Source of the DNA: Eledone cirrhosa
Taxonomy: Eukaryota
Length of the DNA: 64,000 bases
NCBI GenBank assembly: GCA_964016885.1
Contig: OZ024740.1
Coordinates: forward strand, 429,226,001 to 429,290,000
Direction: 5' to 3'
Positions 45,501 through 60,009 of this stretch are shown one piece after another. Positions within the stretch are counted from its first letter, which is position 1, and every line of letters starts with the position of its first letter. The position numbers and the translations under genes were made by a program. The notes beneath the pieces are model-generated. The model had not been told where the DNA came from, did no database searches, and was given only the letters and a program-made list of their open reading frames with translations.

Positions 45501-48500
45501 CTCACCAACATAGGTCACACTCTCAACAACATAGGTCACACTCTCATCAACATAGGTCACACCCTCAACAACATAGGTCACACTCTCACCAACATAGGTC
45601 ACACTCACACCAACATAGGTCACACTCTCACCAAAAGAGGACACACTCTCACCAACATAGGTCACACTCTCACCAACATAGGTCACACCCTCAACAACAT
45701 AGGTCACACTCTCACCAACATAGGTCACACTCTCACCAACATAGGTCACACTCTCACCAACATAGGTCACCCTCTCACCGACATAGGTCACACTCTCACC
45801 AACATAGGTCACACTCACACCAACATAGGTCACACTCTCACCAACATAGGACACACTCTCACCAACATAGGTCACACTCTCACCAACATAGGACACACTC
45901 TCACCAACATAAATCACACCCTCAACAACATAGGTCACACCATCAACAACATAGGTCACACTCTCACCAACATAGGTCACACTCTCAACAACATAGGTCA
46001 CACTCTCAACAACATAGGTCACACTCTCATCAACATAGGTCACACTCTCACCAACATACGTCACACTCTCAACAACATAGGTCTCACTCTCACCAACATA
46101 GGCCACACGCTCACCAACATAGGTCACACTCTCACCAACATAGGTCACACCCTCACCAACATAGATCACACTCTCACCAACATAGGTCACACTCTCACCA
46201 ACATAGGTCACACTCTCACCAACATAGGTCACACTCTCACCAACATAGGTCACACTCTCACCAACATAGGTCACACCCTCACCAACATAGGTCAGACTCT
46301 CACCAACATAGGTCACACTCACACCAACATAGGTCACACTCTCACCAACATAGGACACACTCTCACCAACATAGGTCACACTCTCACCAACATAGGTCAC
46401 ACCCTCAACAACATAGGTCACACTCTCACCAACATAGGTCACACTCTCACCAACATAGGTCACACTCTCACCAACATAGGTCACCATCTCACCGACATAG
46501 GTCACACTCTCACCAACATAGGTCACACTCACACCAACATAGGTCACACTCTCACCAACATAGGACACACTCTCACCAACATAGGTCACACTCTCACCAA
46601 CATAGGACACACTCTCACCAACATAGATCACACCCTCAACAACATAGGTCACACTCTCACCAACATAGGTCACACTCTCACCAACATAGGTCACACTCTC
46701 AACAACATAGGTCACACTCTCAACAACATAGGTCACACTCTCATCAACATAGGTCACACTCTCACCAACATAGGTCACACTCTCACCAACATAGGTCACA
46801 CTCTCACCAACATAGGTCACACTCTCAACAACATAGGTCACACTCTCATCAACATAGGTCACACCCTCAACAACATAGGTCACACTCTCACCAACATAGG
46901 TCACACTCACACCAACATAGGTCACACTCTCACCAACATAGGACACACTCTCACCAACATAGGTCACACTCTCACCAACATAGGTCACACCCTCAACAAC
47001 ATAGGTCACACTCTCACCAACATAGGTCACACTCTCACCAACATAGGTCACACTCTCACCAACATAGGTCACCCTCTCACCGACATAGGTCACACTCTCA
47101 CCAACATAGGTCACACTCACACCAACATAGGTCACACTCTCACCAACATAGGACACACTCTCACCAACATAGGTCACACTCTCACCAACATAGGACACAC
47201 TCTCACCAACATAGATCACACCCTCAACAACATAGGTCACACCATCAACAACATAGGTCACACTCTCACCAACATAGGTCACACTCTCAACAACATAGGT
47301 CACACTCTCAACAACATAGGTCACACTCTCATCAACATAGGTCAAACTCTCACCAACATAGGTCACACTCTCAACAACATAGGTCTCACTCTCACCAACA
47401 TAGGTCACACTCTCACCAACATAGGACACACTCACACCAACATAGATCACACCCTCACCAACATAGATCACACTCTCACCAACATAGGTCACACTCTCAC
47501 CAACATATGTCACACTCTCACCAACATAGGTCACACTCTCACCAACATAGGTCACACTCTCACCAACATAGGTCACACTCTCACCAACATAGGTCACACT
47601 CTCACCAACATAGGTCACACTCTCACCAACATAGGTCACACCCTCACCAACATAGGTCAGACTCTCACCAACATTGGTCGCACTCTCACCAACATAGGCC
47701 ACACTCTCACTAACATAGGACACACTCTCACCAACATAGATCACACCCTCAACAACATAGGTCACACCCTCAGCAACATAGGTCACACTCTCACCAACAT
47801 AGGTCACACTCTCAACAACATAGGTCACACTCTCAACAACATAGGTCACACTCTCATCAACATAGATCACACTCTCACCAACATAGGTCACACTCTCAAC
47901 AACATAGGTCTCACTCTCACCAACATAGGTCACACTCTCACCAACATAGGACACACTCACACCAACATAGATCACACCCTCACCAACATAGATCACACTC
48001 TCACCAACATAGGTCACACTCTCACCAACATAGGTCACACTCTCACCAACATAGGTCACACTCTCACCAACATAGGTCACACCATCAACAACATAGGACA
48101 CACTTTCACCAACATAGGTCACACTCTCACCAACATAGGTCACACCCTCACCAACATAGGTCAGACTCTCACCAACATAGGTCACACTCTCACCAACATA
48201 GGCCACACTCTCACCAACATAGGTCACACTCTCACCAACATAGGTCACACTCTCACCAACATAGGACACACTCTCACCAACATAGGTCACACTCTCACCA
48301 ACATAGGTCACACTCTCACCAACATAGGTCACACCCTCACCAACATAGGTCAGACTCTCACCAACATAGGACACACTCTCACCAACATAGGTCACACTCT
48401 CACCAACATAGGTCACACTCTCACCAACATAGGTCACACCCTCACCAACATAGGTCAGACTCTCACCAACATTGGACACACTCTCACCAACATAGGTCAC

Positions 48501-51500
48501 ACTCTCACCAACATAGGTCACACTCTCACCAACATAGGTCACACCCTCACCAACATAGGTCACACTCTCACCAATATAGGACACACTGTCACCAACATAG
48601 GACACACTCTCACCAACATAGGTCACACTCTCACCAACATAGGTCACACTCTCACCAACATAGGTCACACTCTCACCAACATAGGTGACACTCTCACCAA
48701 CATAGGTCACACTCTCAACAACATAGGTCACACTCTCATCAACATAGGTCACACCCTCAACAACATAGGTCACACTCTCACCAACATAGGTCACACTCAC
48801 ACCAACATAGGTCACACTCTCACCAACATAGGACACACTCTCACCAACATAGGTCACACTCTCACCAACATAGGTCACACCCTCAACAACATAGGTCACA
48901 CTCTCACCAACATAGGTCACACTCTCACCAACATAGGTCACACTCTCAACAACATAGGTCACGCTCTCACCGACATAGGTCACACTCTCACCAACATCGG
49001 TCACACTCACACCAACATAGGTCACACTCTCACCAACATAGGACACACTCTCACCAACATAGGTCACACTCTCACCAACATAGTACACACTCTCACCAAC
49101 ATAGATCACACCCTCAAAAACATAGGTCACACCATCAACAACATAGGTCACACTCTCACCAACATAGGTCACACTCTCAACAACATAGGTCACACTCTCA
49201 ACAACATAGGTCACACTCTCATCTACATAGGTCACACTCTCACCAACATAGGTCACACTCTCAACAACATAGGTCTCATTCTCACCAACATAGGTCACAC
49301 TCTCACCAACATAGGACACACTCACACCAACATAGATCACACCCTCACCAACATAGATCACACTCTCACCAACATAGGTCACACTCTCACCAACATAGGT
49401 CACACTCTCACCAACATAGGTCACACTCTCACCAACATAGGTCACACTCTCACCAACATAGGTCACATCCTCACCAACATAGGTCAGACTCTCACCAACA
49501 TAGGTCAGACTCTCACCAACATAGGCCACACTCTCACCAACATAGGTCAGACTCTCACCAACATAGGACACACTCTCACCAACATAGGCCACACCCTCAC
49601 CAACATAGGTCACACTCTCACCAATATAGGTCACAAACTCACCAACATAGATCACACTCTTACCAACATAGGTCACACTCTCAACAACATAGGTCATACT
49701 CTCACCAACATAGGTCACACCCTCACCAACATAGGTCACACTCTCACCAACATAGGACACACTCTCACCAACATAGGTCACACTCTCACCAACATAGGTC
49801 ACACTCTCACCAACATAGGTCACACTCTCACCAACATAGGTCACACTCTCAACAACATAGGTCACACTCTCATCAACATAGGTCACACCCTCAACAACAT
49901 AGGTCACACTCTCACCAACATAGGTCACACTCACACCAACATAGGTCACACTCTCACCAATATAGGACACACTCTCACCAACATAGGTCACACTCTCACC
50001 AACATAGGTCACACCCTCAACAACATAGGTCACACTCTCAACAACATAGGTCACACTCTCACCAACATAGGTCACACTCTCACCAACATAGGTCACCCTC
50101 TCACCGACATAGGTCACACTCTCACCAACATAGTTCACACTCACACCAACATAGGTCACACTCTCACCAACATAGGACACACTCTCACCAACATAGGTCA
50201 CACTCTCACCAACATAGGACACACTCTCACCAACATAGATCACACCCTCAACAACATAGGTCACACCATCAACAACATAGGTCACACTCTCACCAACATA
50301 GGTCACACTCTCAACAACATAGGTCACACTCTCAACAACATAGGTCACACTCTCATCAACATAGGTCACACTCTCACCAACATACGTCACACTCTCAACA
50401 ACATAGGTCTCACTCTCACCAACATAGGCCACACGCTCACCAACATAGGTCACACTCTCACCAACATAGGTCACACCCTCACCAACATAGATCACACTCT
50501 CACCAACATAGGTCACACTCTCACCAACATAGGTCACACTCTCACCAACATAGGTCACACTCTCACCAACATAGGTCACACTCTCACCAACATAGGTCAC
50601 ACCCTCACCAACATAGGTCAGACTCTCACCAACATAGGTCACACTCACACCAACATAGGTCACACTCTCACCATCATAGGACACACTCTCACCAACATAG
50701 GTCACACTCTCACCAACATAGGTCACACCCTCAACAACATAGGTCACACTCTCACCAACATAGGTCACACTCTCACCAACATAGGTCACACTCTCACCAA
50801 CATAGGTCACCATCTCACCGACATAGGTCACACTCTCACCAACATAGGTCACACTCACACCAACATAGGTCACACTCTCACCAACATAGGACACACTCTC
50901 ACCAACATAGGTCACACTCTCACCAACATAGGACACACTCTCACCAACATAGATCACACCCTCAACAACATAGGTCACACCATCAACAACATAGGTCACA
51001 CTCTCACCAACATAGGTCACACTCTCACCAACATAGGTCACACTCTCAACAACATAGGTCACACTCTCAACAACATAGGTCACACTCTCATCAACATAGG
51101 TCACACTCTCACCAACATAGGTCACACTCTCACCAACATAGGTCACACTCTCACCAACATAGGTCACACTCTCAACAACATAGGTCAAACTCTCATCAAC
51201 ATAGGTCACACCCTCAACAACATAGGTCACACTCTCACCAACATAGGTCACACTCACACCAACATAGGTCACACTCTCACCAACATAGGACACACTCTCA
51301 CCAACATAGGTCACACTCTCACCAACATAGGTCAAACCCTCAACAACATAGGTCACACTCTCACCAACATAGGTCACACTCTCACCAACATAGGTCACAC
51401 TCTCACCAACATAGGTCACCCTCTCACCGACATAAGTCACACTCTCACCAACATAGGTCACACTCACACCAACATAGGTCACACTCTCACCAACATAGGA

Positions 51501-52955
51501 CACACTCTCACCAACATAGGTCACACTCTCACCAACATAGGACACACTCTCACCAACATAGATCACACCCTCAACAACATAGGTCACACCATCAACAACA
51601 TAGGTCACACTCTCACCAACATAGGTCACACTCTCAACAACATAGGTCACACTCTCAACAACATAGGTCACACTCTCATCAACATAGGTCAAACTCTCAC
51701 CAACATAGGTCACACTCTCAACAACATAGGTCTCACTCTCACCAACATAGGTCACACTCTCACCAACATAGGACACACTCACACCAACATAGATCACACC
51801 CTCACCAACATAGATCACACTCTCACCAACATAGGTCACACTCTCACCAACATATGTCACACTCTCACCAACATAGGTCACACTCTCACCAACATAGGTC
51901 ACACTCTCACCAACATAGGTCACACTCTCACCAACATAGGTCACACTCTCACCAACATAGGTCACACTCTCACCAACATAGGTCACACTCTCACCAACAT
52001 AGGTCACACCCTCACCAACATAGGTCAGACTCTCACCAACATTGGTCGCACTCTCACCAACATAGGCCACACTCTCACTAACATAGGACACACTCTCACC
52101 AACATAGATCACACCCTCAACAACATAGGTCACACCCTCAGCAACATAGGTCACACTCTCACCAACATAGGTCACACTCTCAACAACATAGGTCACACTC
52201 TCAACAACATAGGTCACACTCTCATCAACATAGATCACACTCTCACCAACATAGGTCACACTCTCAACAACATAGGTCTCACTCTCACCAACATAGGTCA
52301 CACTCTCACCAACATAGGACACACTCACACCAACATAGATCACACCCTCACCAACATAGATCACACTCTCACCAACATAGGTCACACTCTCACCAACATA
52401 GGTCACACTCTCACCAACATAGGTCACACTCTCACCAACATAGGTCACACTCTCACCAACATAGGTCACACTCTCACCAACATAGGTCACACTCACACCA
52501 ACATAGGTCAAACTCTCACCAACATAGGACACACTCTCACCAACATAGGTGACACTCTCACCAACATAGGACACACTCTCACCAACATAGATCACACCCT
52601 CAACAACATAGGCCACACCCTCAACAACATAGGTCACACTCTCACCAACATAGGTCACACTCTCAACAACATAGGTCACACTCTCAACAACATAGGTCAC
52701 ACTCTCATCAACATAGGTCACACTCTCACCAACATAGGTCACACTCTCACCAACATAGGTCACACTCTCACCAACATAGGACACACTCTCACCAACATAG
52801 GTCACACTCTCACCAACATAGGACACACTCTCACCAACATAGATCACACCCTCACCAACATAGGTCACACTCTCACCAACATAGGTCACACTCTCACCAA
52901 CATAGGACACACTCTCACCAACATAGGACACACTCTAACCAACATAGATCACACC
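39548..52955. repeat. 21-bp minisatellite, roughly 640 copies, truncated by an assembly gap
   Basis: Unit ATAGGTCACACTCTCACCAAC; the minus strand reads (VGESVTY)n. Confidence 0.99.
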
Positions 52956-53155
52956 NNNNNNNNNNNNNNNNNNNNNNNNNNNNNNNNNNNNNNNNNNNNN
53001 NNNNNNNNNNNNNNNNNNNNNNNNNNNNNNNNNNNNNNNNNNNNNNNNNNNNNNNNNNNNNNNNNNNNNNNNNNNNNNNNNNNNNNNNNNNNNNNNNNNN
53101 NNNNNNNNNNNNNNNNNNNNNNNNNNNNNNNNNNNNNNNNNNNNNNNNNNNNNNN
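52956..53155. other. Assembly gap (200 N)
   Basis: Run of N. Confidence 1.
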
Positions 53156-53250
53156 GTTAACTTTGCCTTTCATCCTTATGGGGTCGATAAAATATAGCAC
53201 CAGTAATACACTGAGATAATTGCTGGCCTTGTGCCAAAAGAAGAAACAGT
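53156..53250 (+). mobile_element. SINE family A, 3' half (cut by the gap)
   Basis: GTTAACTTTGCCTTTCATCCTTATGGGGTCGATAAAAT...TTGCTGGCCTTGTGCCAAAAGAAGAAACA. Confidence 0.85.
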
Positions 53251-53264
53251 TATAGTTTAATAAT

Positions 53265-53535
53265 GAGGACGGTTAATTAGGAAAATCGTTAGAATTTTGG
53301 AGAGATTGCTTTGTGTATTCTTTCAGGCTCTCTACTCTCTGAGTTGAAATCCTGCCGAGGTCAACTTTGCCTTTCATCCATTCAAGGTCGATATAAAAAG
53401 TACCAGTCTAGTACTGGGTCGATTCTTCCTCTATATCCCTTTCCCACTTCCATTCTCTCACTTTCTATCTTTCCCTGGAAGAAATCTACTGTATTCAGAC
53501 CTGGAGAGGAGATGGGCTCCACCAGGTTTTAAAAA
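53265..53535 (+). mobile_element. SINE family B
   Basis: Colinear with 2375-2642. Confidence 0.78.
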
Positions 53536-53589
53536 TATGCTAAGAAACGCCGTATGTCACTGAAAATGCTCCCTAGAAATACGGGACCA

Positions 53590-53850
53590 TGTCTACCGCT
53601 ACTGCAATGGTCCCCACTCATTGGAGCCAAATGACCAAACACACCCACCACTCACGTACTCCCACCTCACTGGTCTTTCTTCATCACCCATAATGCGTAC
53701 AACCCCAGGCGACACCACACTAACCATTTCACCCAATCCTTCCTACCCAAACTGCTATCCTGCTGGAATTCTCTTCCTGTCCACGTCTTTCCTGCAGGAG
53801 TCTACACAATTTAAAGTAAACATCAACGCCATCAATCTCATCGGTCTTGG
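53590..53850 (+). mobile_element. Degraded 3' end of a CR1/L2-like LINE
   Basis: Frames give YRYCNG..SLE and NHFTQSFLPKLLSCWNSLPVHVFPA..FKVNIN, matching the SF.PR...WNSLP..VFP C-terminal signature. Confidence 0.65.
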
Positions 53851-54065
53851 CGGGTCAGGACTGGAGATGGACACAGCCTCTTCCTCCACACCTAGCTAAC
53901 AGAAATATATACATACACACACATATATACACACATATATGCATACATTCATACATACACATATACATACACACATATACATACACACACATACATACAT
54001 ACATACATAAATACATACACACATACATACATACGTACGTATGTATATGTGTATGTATTTATGTA

Positions 54066-54722
54066 TACGACTAAACCGGCAACCCCACCAAGTTTACTTG
54101 GTGAGGAAGGTGATTTTGAACACCCTGCAGGACAAAAAACAAAACCTGACAGAGGGCGGAAGAACACATAAGAGTCAACGGCCATCCGAAAGTGTGTAAA
54201 TATGTATATACACATGTACCGCGCGGTTAAACCACTGGGAGTGAAGGACCCCTAGCATTTGTCAGGGCATTCTTCTAGGAGAAGGCAACTCAGGAAACTG
54301 GGATAACTCCGATATAAAACCTGCGGCTCAGTAATTACCGATGATGTTGATCTTTTCTTCTTTTCGGGTTATAGCTACTGTCGCTCAGAGAGTGGGATTG
54401 GCTCAGTGCACAGTCTTTCCTCACTTTAAAAAATATCTTCACGCACAAGCATTGCACAATAGAATTAATTAATAATTATTAATAATTGTTTCTACTTTTG
54501 GTACCAGGCCAGCAATTATCCCAGTGCATTACTGGTACTTTATTTTTTATCGACCCCGTAAGGATGACAGGCAAAGTTAACCTCGGCGGGATTTGAACTC
54601 AGATCATAAAGGGAGGAAACTCTATGCTTCAAAGCATGGCGCCCGGCCCTCTACCGATACTGCCAATACACCAATGGTATATCGTGCAATGGCCATACTC
54701 GATGACGAGGTGGCAGCCATCA
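54066..54722 (+). mobile_element. Non-autonomous RTE derivative containing an antisense family A SINE (54485-54667)
   Basis: 5' part aligns to the reverse complement of 28590-28913. Ends in CGTGCAATGGCCATACTCGATGACGAGGTGGCAGCCATCA(CA/TA)n, like the RTE tail at 26778-26818. Confidence 0.75.
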
Positions 54723-55095
54723 CATATATATATATGTATGTATCTATGTACGTATGTATGTACGTATGTATGTATGTACGTATGTATGTATTATGTATGT
54801 ATGTATGTGTGTATGTAAGCATGTATGTACGCATGTATACATGTATGTTTGTATGTATGTATGTATGTATGTATGTCCTTCTGGTTTTATAATTTCACAC
54901 ATTTTTTCCCAATAGAGAGAGAGTCGTTTTCTAACATAGACACAAGACTCTCTCATTGGAATTTACACAATATCAACTAGGTAGATTATGTATGCATGCA
55001 TGCATGTGTAGATATGGATGTTATTGTATGTGTATGTTTTGAGTTGTATGTGTGCATGTATATGCTTTGTATCTGTACATGTGTATATGCAGTTA

Positions 55096-56520
55096 TTAGA
55101 TGCAAAATTTTTGGAATATTTTACATATTGTTACTGTTCCATTAATGGATTGTACTTGTAATTTCCTAACTAGTTGTGTTCTTTCTGTTCCTGGGAAGCC
55201 TAGCTTCTCAAGATTTGTATTGAGGCAGTTACTAACATATCCCAGTGCCCCAACAATCACAGGCATAAATCTGAAGGTGTAATCAGGGTGGAGTATCTGC
55301 AGATTTCTCATCAGTTCTGCATAAATATTCTCCTTTTCACTAATCTTTGATATTATATTGGCATCTGCTGGGCAGCTAATTTCCACTACTGTGCATGTTT
55401 TCTTCTCCCTGTCCCATATCATAATATCTGATCTGTTATACCTGCATTTTATTGGGGATTTTACTGGAACATTCCACCAGTACTCTTTCATATTATGTAC
55501 ATGGATGTCTTCCACATTGCTGAAGCTTTTAATGTGTTTATTATCGGGGCTTTCTTTTTTATGGATTGCATTGTACAGTGTTTTGGCCACTACATCATGC
55601 CTCATAGGTAGATAGTACCGCGATGACATCTTTGGACAGCTGCTGATGACATGGGTGATATCCTCGATGTTAGTTCTGCAGAGTCTGCACTTGTTATCAC
55701 ATCTAGGTGTTTTGCCTGCATCCCTATATCTTTCGTGAATCAGGTATTTCGTGCTAATCTCCTGTTCCTGGATTGCAAAAGCGTATCCTTCAAAGTGGGA
55801 GCCAATATAGCGGTTGTTGGTCCAAGATAGACTACTTTGCTTATCTATATTACTCTCACTCTGGAGCTTTCTGGCAACATATCCATGCATGATTTTTTGC
55901 TGATAGGCATGCAGTTTTTCATCCAGGGATTCACTGCGATACTGCTGAGCGACTTCCCTGGATGTGAGTTTTTGATTATCACAGGGAATATCTCTCGATG
56001 AGTTCCTTGCCAACTCTCATGATCTTATCTGTTTCATGCAGATAGACTTGCTCGAGAGACGGGCTCCTACGCTTCGAGGTTCGTAGATGTTGTCGGAGAG
56101 ATATGATGCGACATTCAAATGTTGTCTGGACTGATGTTAGGCCTCTGCCTCTCTGCTTACGCTTCAAGTAAAGGCGGTCTATGTCACTGTTGATGTGGAA
56201 GTTTCCGGTGTTGTTCAGTATTTTTCGACTTGCAACATCAACTGCTCGGATTTCGTCTATCGCCCAATTGAGTATTCCAAACGTTGGTGTTAGGACAGGC
56301 ACAGCAAACACATTGTGAGCCACTGTTTTGTTTTGCGCAGAGAGTTCCGATGACCAAATCTTTCTTAATCGGGTGTAGTATTCCCTGGTTACGCGTTCCT
56401 TATTACAGATACCATTATAGGATATGTTCTCATCTATCCCCAAGTATCTGTAGCAGTCCTGATCAAATATCGGTGAAACAGTTAGGGCATTGATGACAAT
56501 GTTGCTAGATTGGGTTGTTG
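55096..56520 (-). mobile_element. 5'-truncated non-LTR retrotransposon with restriction-like endonuclease (R4/Dong- or NeSL-like)
   Basis: YRYLGIDE, RLYLKRKQRGRGL, AIQEQEI, CCHC finger CRLCRTNIEDITHVISSC, RHD, RSDIMIWD..VVEISCP..K..Y, VIVGALG. One frameshift near 56000. Flanked by (GTAT)n. Confidence 0.9.
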
Positions 56521-57091
56521 TTTTTCGTATGTATGTATGTATTGTGTACGTGTATTTAGCTGCTTACATACACATCTACATAGTTATACGGGCTTGATAT
56601 TGACGGTATCTCTGTATGTTTATGTGTGTGTGTATGTGTGTGTGTGTGTGTGTCTATCAACTTGAACATAAGTGTGTTTGTCTATATATGTGTCAATGTG
56701 TGTGTGTGTGTGTATGTGTGTCTATGTGTGTCTATGTGTCTATGTGTATGTGTCTATGTATGTATATGTGTATGTATGTGTGTCTATGTCTATGTGTCTA
56801 TGTGTGTGTCTATGTATCTATATGTCTATATATATAAGAAGGTAGTACAGCATAATCAAAGCTCTGGCTGCGGGCAAGCTAACGAATGCTGTCGAGAAGT
56901 GCAGCCAAAAGCACTCAATAAGGAATTTAACCTTAGAGTTATAACATTACGTTTAGACAGCTATGTAAATTTGAAGCCAGCCCCTGAAAATCGAGCCGCT
57001 AGGACCAGAAAAACGAAAAAACCGACTCAGGGAAAAGTTTGACTGTTACCTGGACCATCATGGACATATTACATAATATTATATAACATCT

Positions 57092-57282
57092 ATGAGGGCG
57101 GTGAATTGGCAGAATCGGTAGAGGGTCGGACGCCATGATTTGACGCATACAGATACGGCCCTTGCCATTCTGAGTTCAAATCCCGCCGAGGTTAACTTTG
57201 CCTGTCATCCTTACGGGGTCGATAAAATAAAGTACCAGTAATGTACTGGGTATTTGCTGGCCTTGTGCCAAAAGTAGAAACA
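57092..57282 (+). mobile_element. Full-length SINE family A with 14-bp TSD
   Basis: GGCGGTGAATTGGCAGAATCGGTAG, GAGTTCAAATCC. TSD ATTATATAACATCT at 57078-57091 and 57283-57296. Confidence 0.92.
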
Positions 57283-57533
57283 ATTATATAACATCTCCAC
57301 TAGGTTTCTGTAAATCCGAAATCAACAAAATCCATTTGCAAGGGCCTGCAAGTTAATTGGGCTTTGGAAGATAGAACAGTGGAATTTACTTCCTCATCAG
57401 GTTTCCGTTCTGCCACCACCGGCTGTAAAAACTAGCAGTAAACACTGCTAGTAGTCACGTGCATTCTCGGAAGGGAGGTAACCCCCGGTTTTGGCGGTCA
57501 AATTCAAAATTTGAACAAAGGAATAAAATCCTT

Positions 57534-58535
57534 TCTATATGTCTATATGTCTATATGTATATGTCTATATGTCTTTATATCTATATGTCTATATGTCTAT
57601 ATATCTATATGTCTATATGTCTATATATCTATATGTCTATATGTCTATATGTCTATATGTCTATATATGTCTATATGTCTATATGTCTATGTCTATATGT
57701 CTATATATCTATATGTCTATATATCTATATGTCTATATGTCTATATGTCTATATGTCTATATATGTCTATATGTCTATATGTCTATATGTCTATATGTCT
57801 ATATGTCTATGTCTATATGTCTATATATGTCTATATATCTATATGTCTATATGTCTATATATCTATATGTCTATATGTCTATATGTCTATATATCTATAT
57901 GTCTATATATCTATATGTATATGTCTATATGTCTATATATGTCTATATATGTCTATATGTCTATATATCTATATGTCTATATGTCTATATATCTATATGT
58001 CTATATGTCTATATATCTATATGTATATGTCTATATGTCTATATATGTCTATATGTCTATATGTCTATATGTCTATATGTCTATATATGTCTATATATGT
58101 CTATATATGTCTATATATCTATATGTCTATATGTACATATGTATATATGTCTATATAGGTCTATATGTCTATATATGTCTATATATGTCTATATATCTAT
58201 ATGTCTATATGTCTATATGTATATATGTCTATATATGTCTATATGTATATATGTCTATATATGTCTATATATGTCTATATGTCTATATGTATATATGTAT
58301 ATATGTCTATATATATATGTCTATATATGTCTATATGTATATATGTCTATATATGTCTATATATGTCTATATGTCTATATGTATATATGTATATATACGT
58401 CTATATGTCTATATGTCTATATGTCTATATATCTATATGTCTATATGTATATATGTATATATGTCCATATATATATGTCTATATATGTCTATATGTATAT
58501 ATGTCTATATATATCTATATGTTTATATGTGTATG
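57534..58535. repeat. (CTATATGT)n 8-bp-based repeat
   Basis: Read directly. Confidence 0.97.
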
Positions 58536-58642
58536 TTTCAGTGTAATTCAGCTGTAAGACTACCGCAGCCATGTTTGGAATTTATTAGCCGTTCTCCACC
58601 AAATACTATCTTATCATTAGAATTGGTAATGTGATCTTCTGT

Positions 58643-58863
58643 CACACACATACACATATATGTCCACATGCATACATACACATATATGTCCACATATACA
58701 CATATATGTCCACATGTATACATACATACATACATATATACATACACAAACACAAATATACACACAAACACTCACATATATGTCCACATATACGTATATA
58801 CATACATACGTACATACATACATACTTATACACAATACATACATTCGTATACACATACATATA

Positions 58864-58894
<31 letters not shown>

Positions 58895-59070
58895 GCGTAC
58901 ACACATACATACATACATACATACATATACACATACACAAACACAGATATACACACAGACACAAAAACACAAAGACAGATACACACACAAACACTCAAAA
59001 ACACACACATACACAAACATACATACACACACGAACACACACATACACACAAACAAACACATACATACAT

Positions 59071-59114
<44 letters not shown>

Positions 59115-59358
59115 AGACACACAAAACACACATATACACAAACATACACACACATATACATACAAATATACACATACATACATTCACACACAAACACTCA
59201 CACACAAACACACATACACACAGACACACAAACATACACAAACACACACAAACACACACAAACACACACAAACAAACACACACAGACACACAGACGCACA
59301 CATACACAAACACACACACATACACACACACATACATACATCCACACACACACACAAA

Positions 59359-59390
<32 letters not shown>

Positions 59391-59490
59391 GACACACAAA
59401 CACACACAAACACACACAAACACACACAGACACACACCTACACACACACCTACACAAACACAGACCCAGCCACACACCCATACATATATA
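58643..59490. repeat. Degenerate (CA/CATA)n tract
   Basis: Read directly. Confidence 0.96.
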
Positions 59491-59755
59491 GAGACACTTC
59501 TCGTTGAACGCTGTACGCCATCTTGTAATCAATGTTGGTTCTCACCTTCAGCAGCAGTATCTTTCTGCGAGAATGGTAATTAGTTTATTTAATTGGTTCC
59601 AGCTTGCTAAACTGACGGAACTAAAAGGTAATTATCTTATTCAACTATACATTCTACCATACTAAAATGTTGCTATGGTAATTCCTTACTACTAAGTTTA
59701 ACATACTACTACTACTACTATTGCTACTAATACTACTATTACTACTGCTTATAAT

Positions 59756-59938
59756 AATTGTTTCTATTTTTGGCACAAGGCCAGCAATTATCACAGTGTA
59801 TTACTGGTACTTTATTTTATCGACCCCGTAAGGATGAAAGGCAAAGTTAACCTCGGCAGGATTTGAACTCAGACCATAAAGGGACGTAACTCTTTGCGTC
59901 AAAGCATGGAACCCGACCCTCTACCGATACTGCCAATC
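59756..59938 (-). mobile_element. SINE family A
   Basis: Colinear with other copies; embedded in (CTA)n. Confidence 0.88.
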
Positions 59939-60009
59939 TACTACTACTATTGCTACTAATACTACTATTACTACTGCTACTGCTACTACTATTACTACTG
60001 CTTATAATA

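Noticed and set aside
52949-53200. ORF spanning X residues
   Set aside because: Artefact of the assembly gap.
57096-57190. tRNA gene
   Set aside because: The A/B boxes belong to a multi-copy SINE head with TSDs; no cloverleaf.
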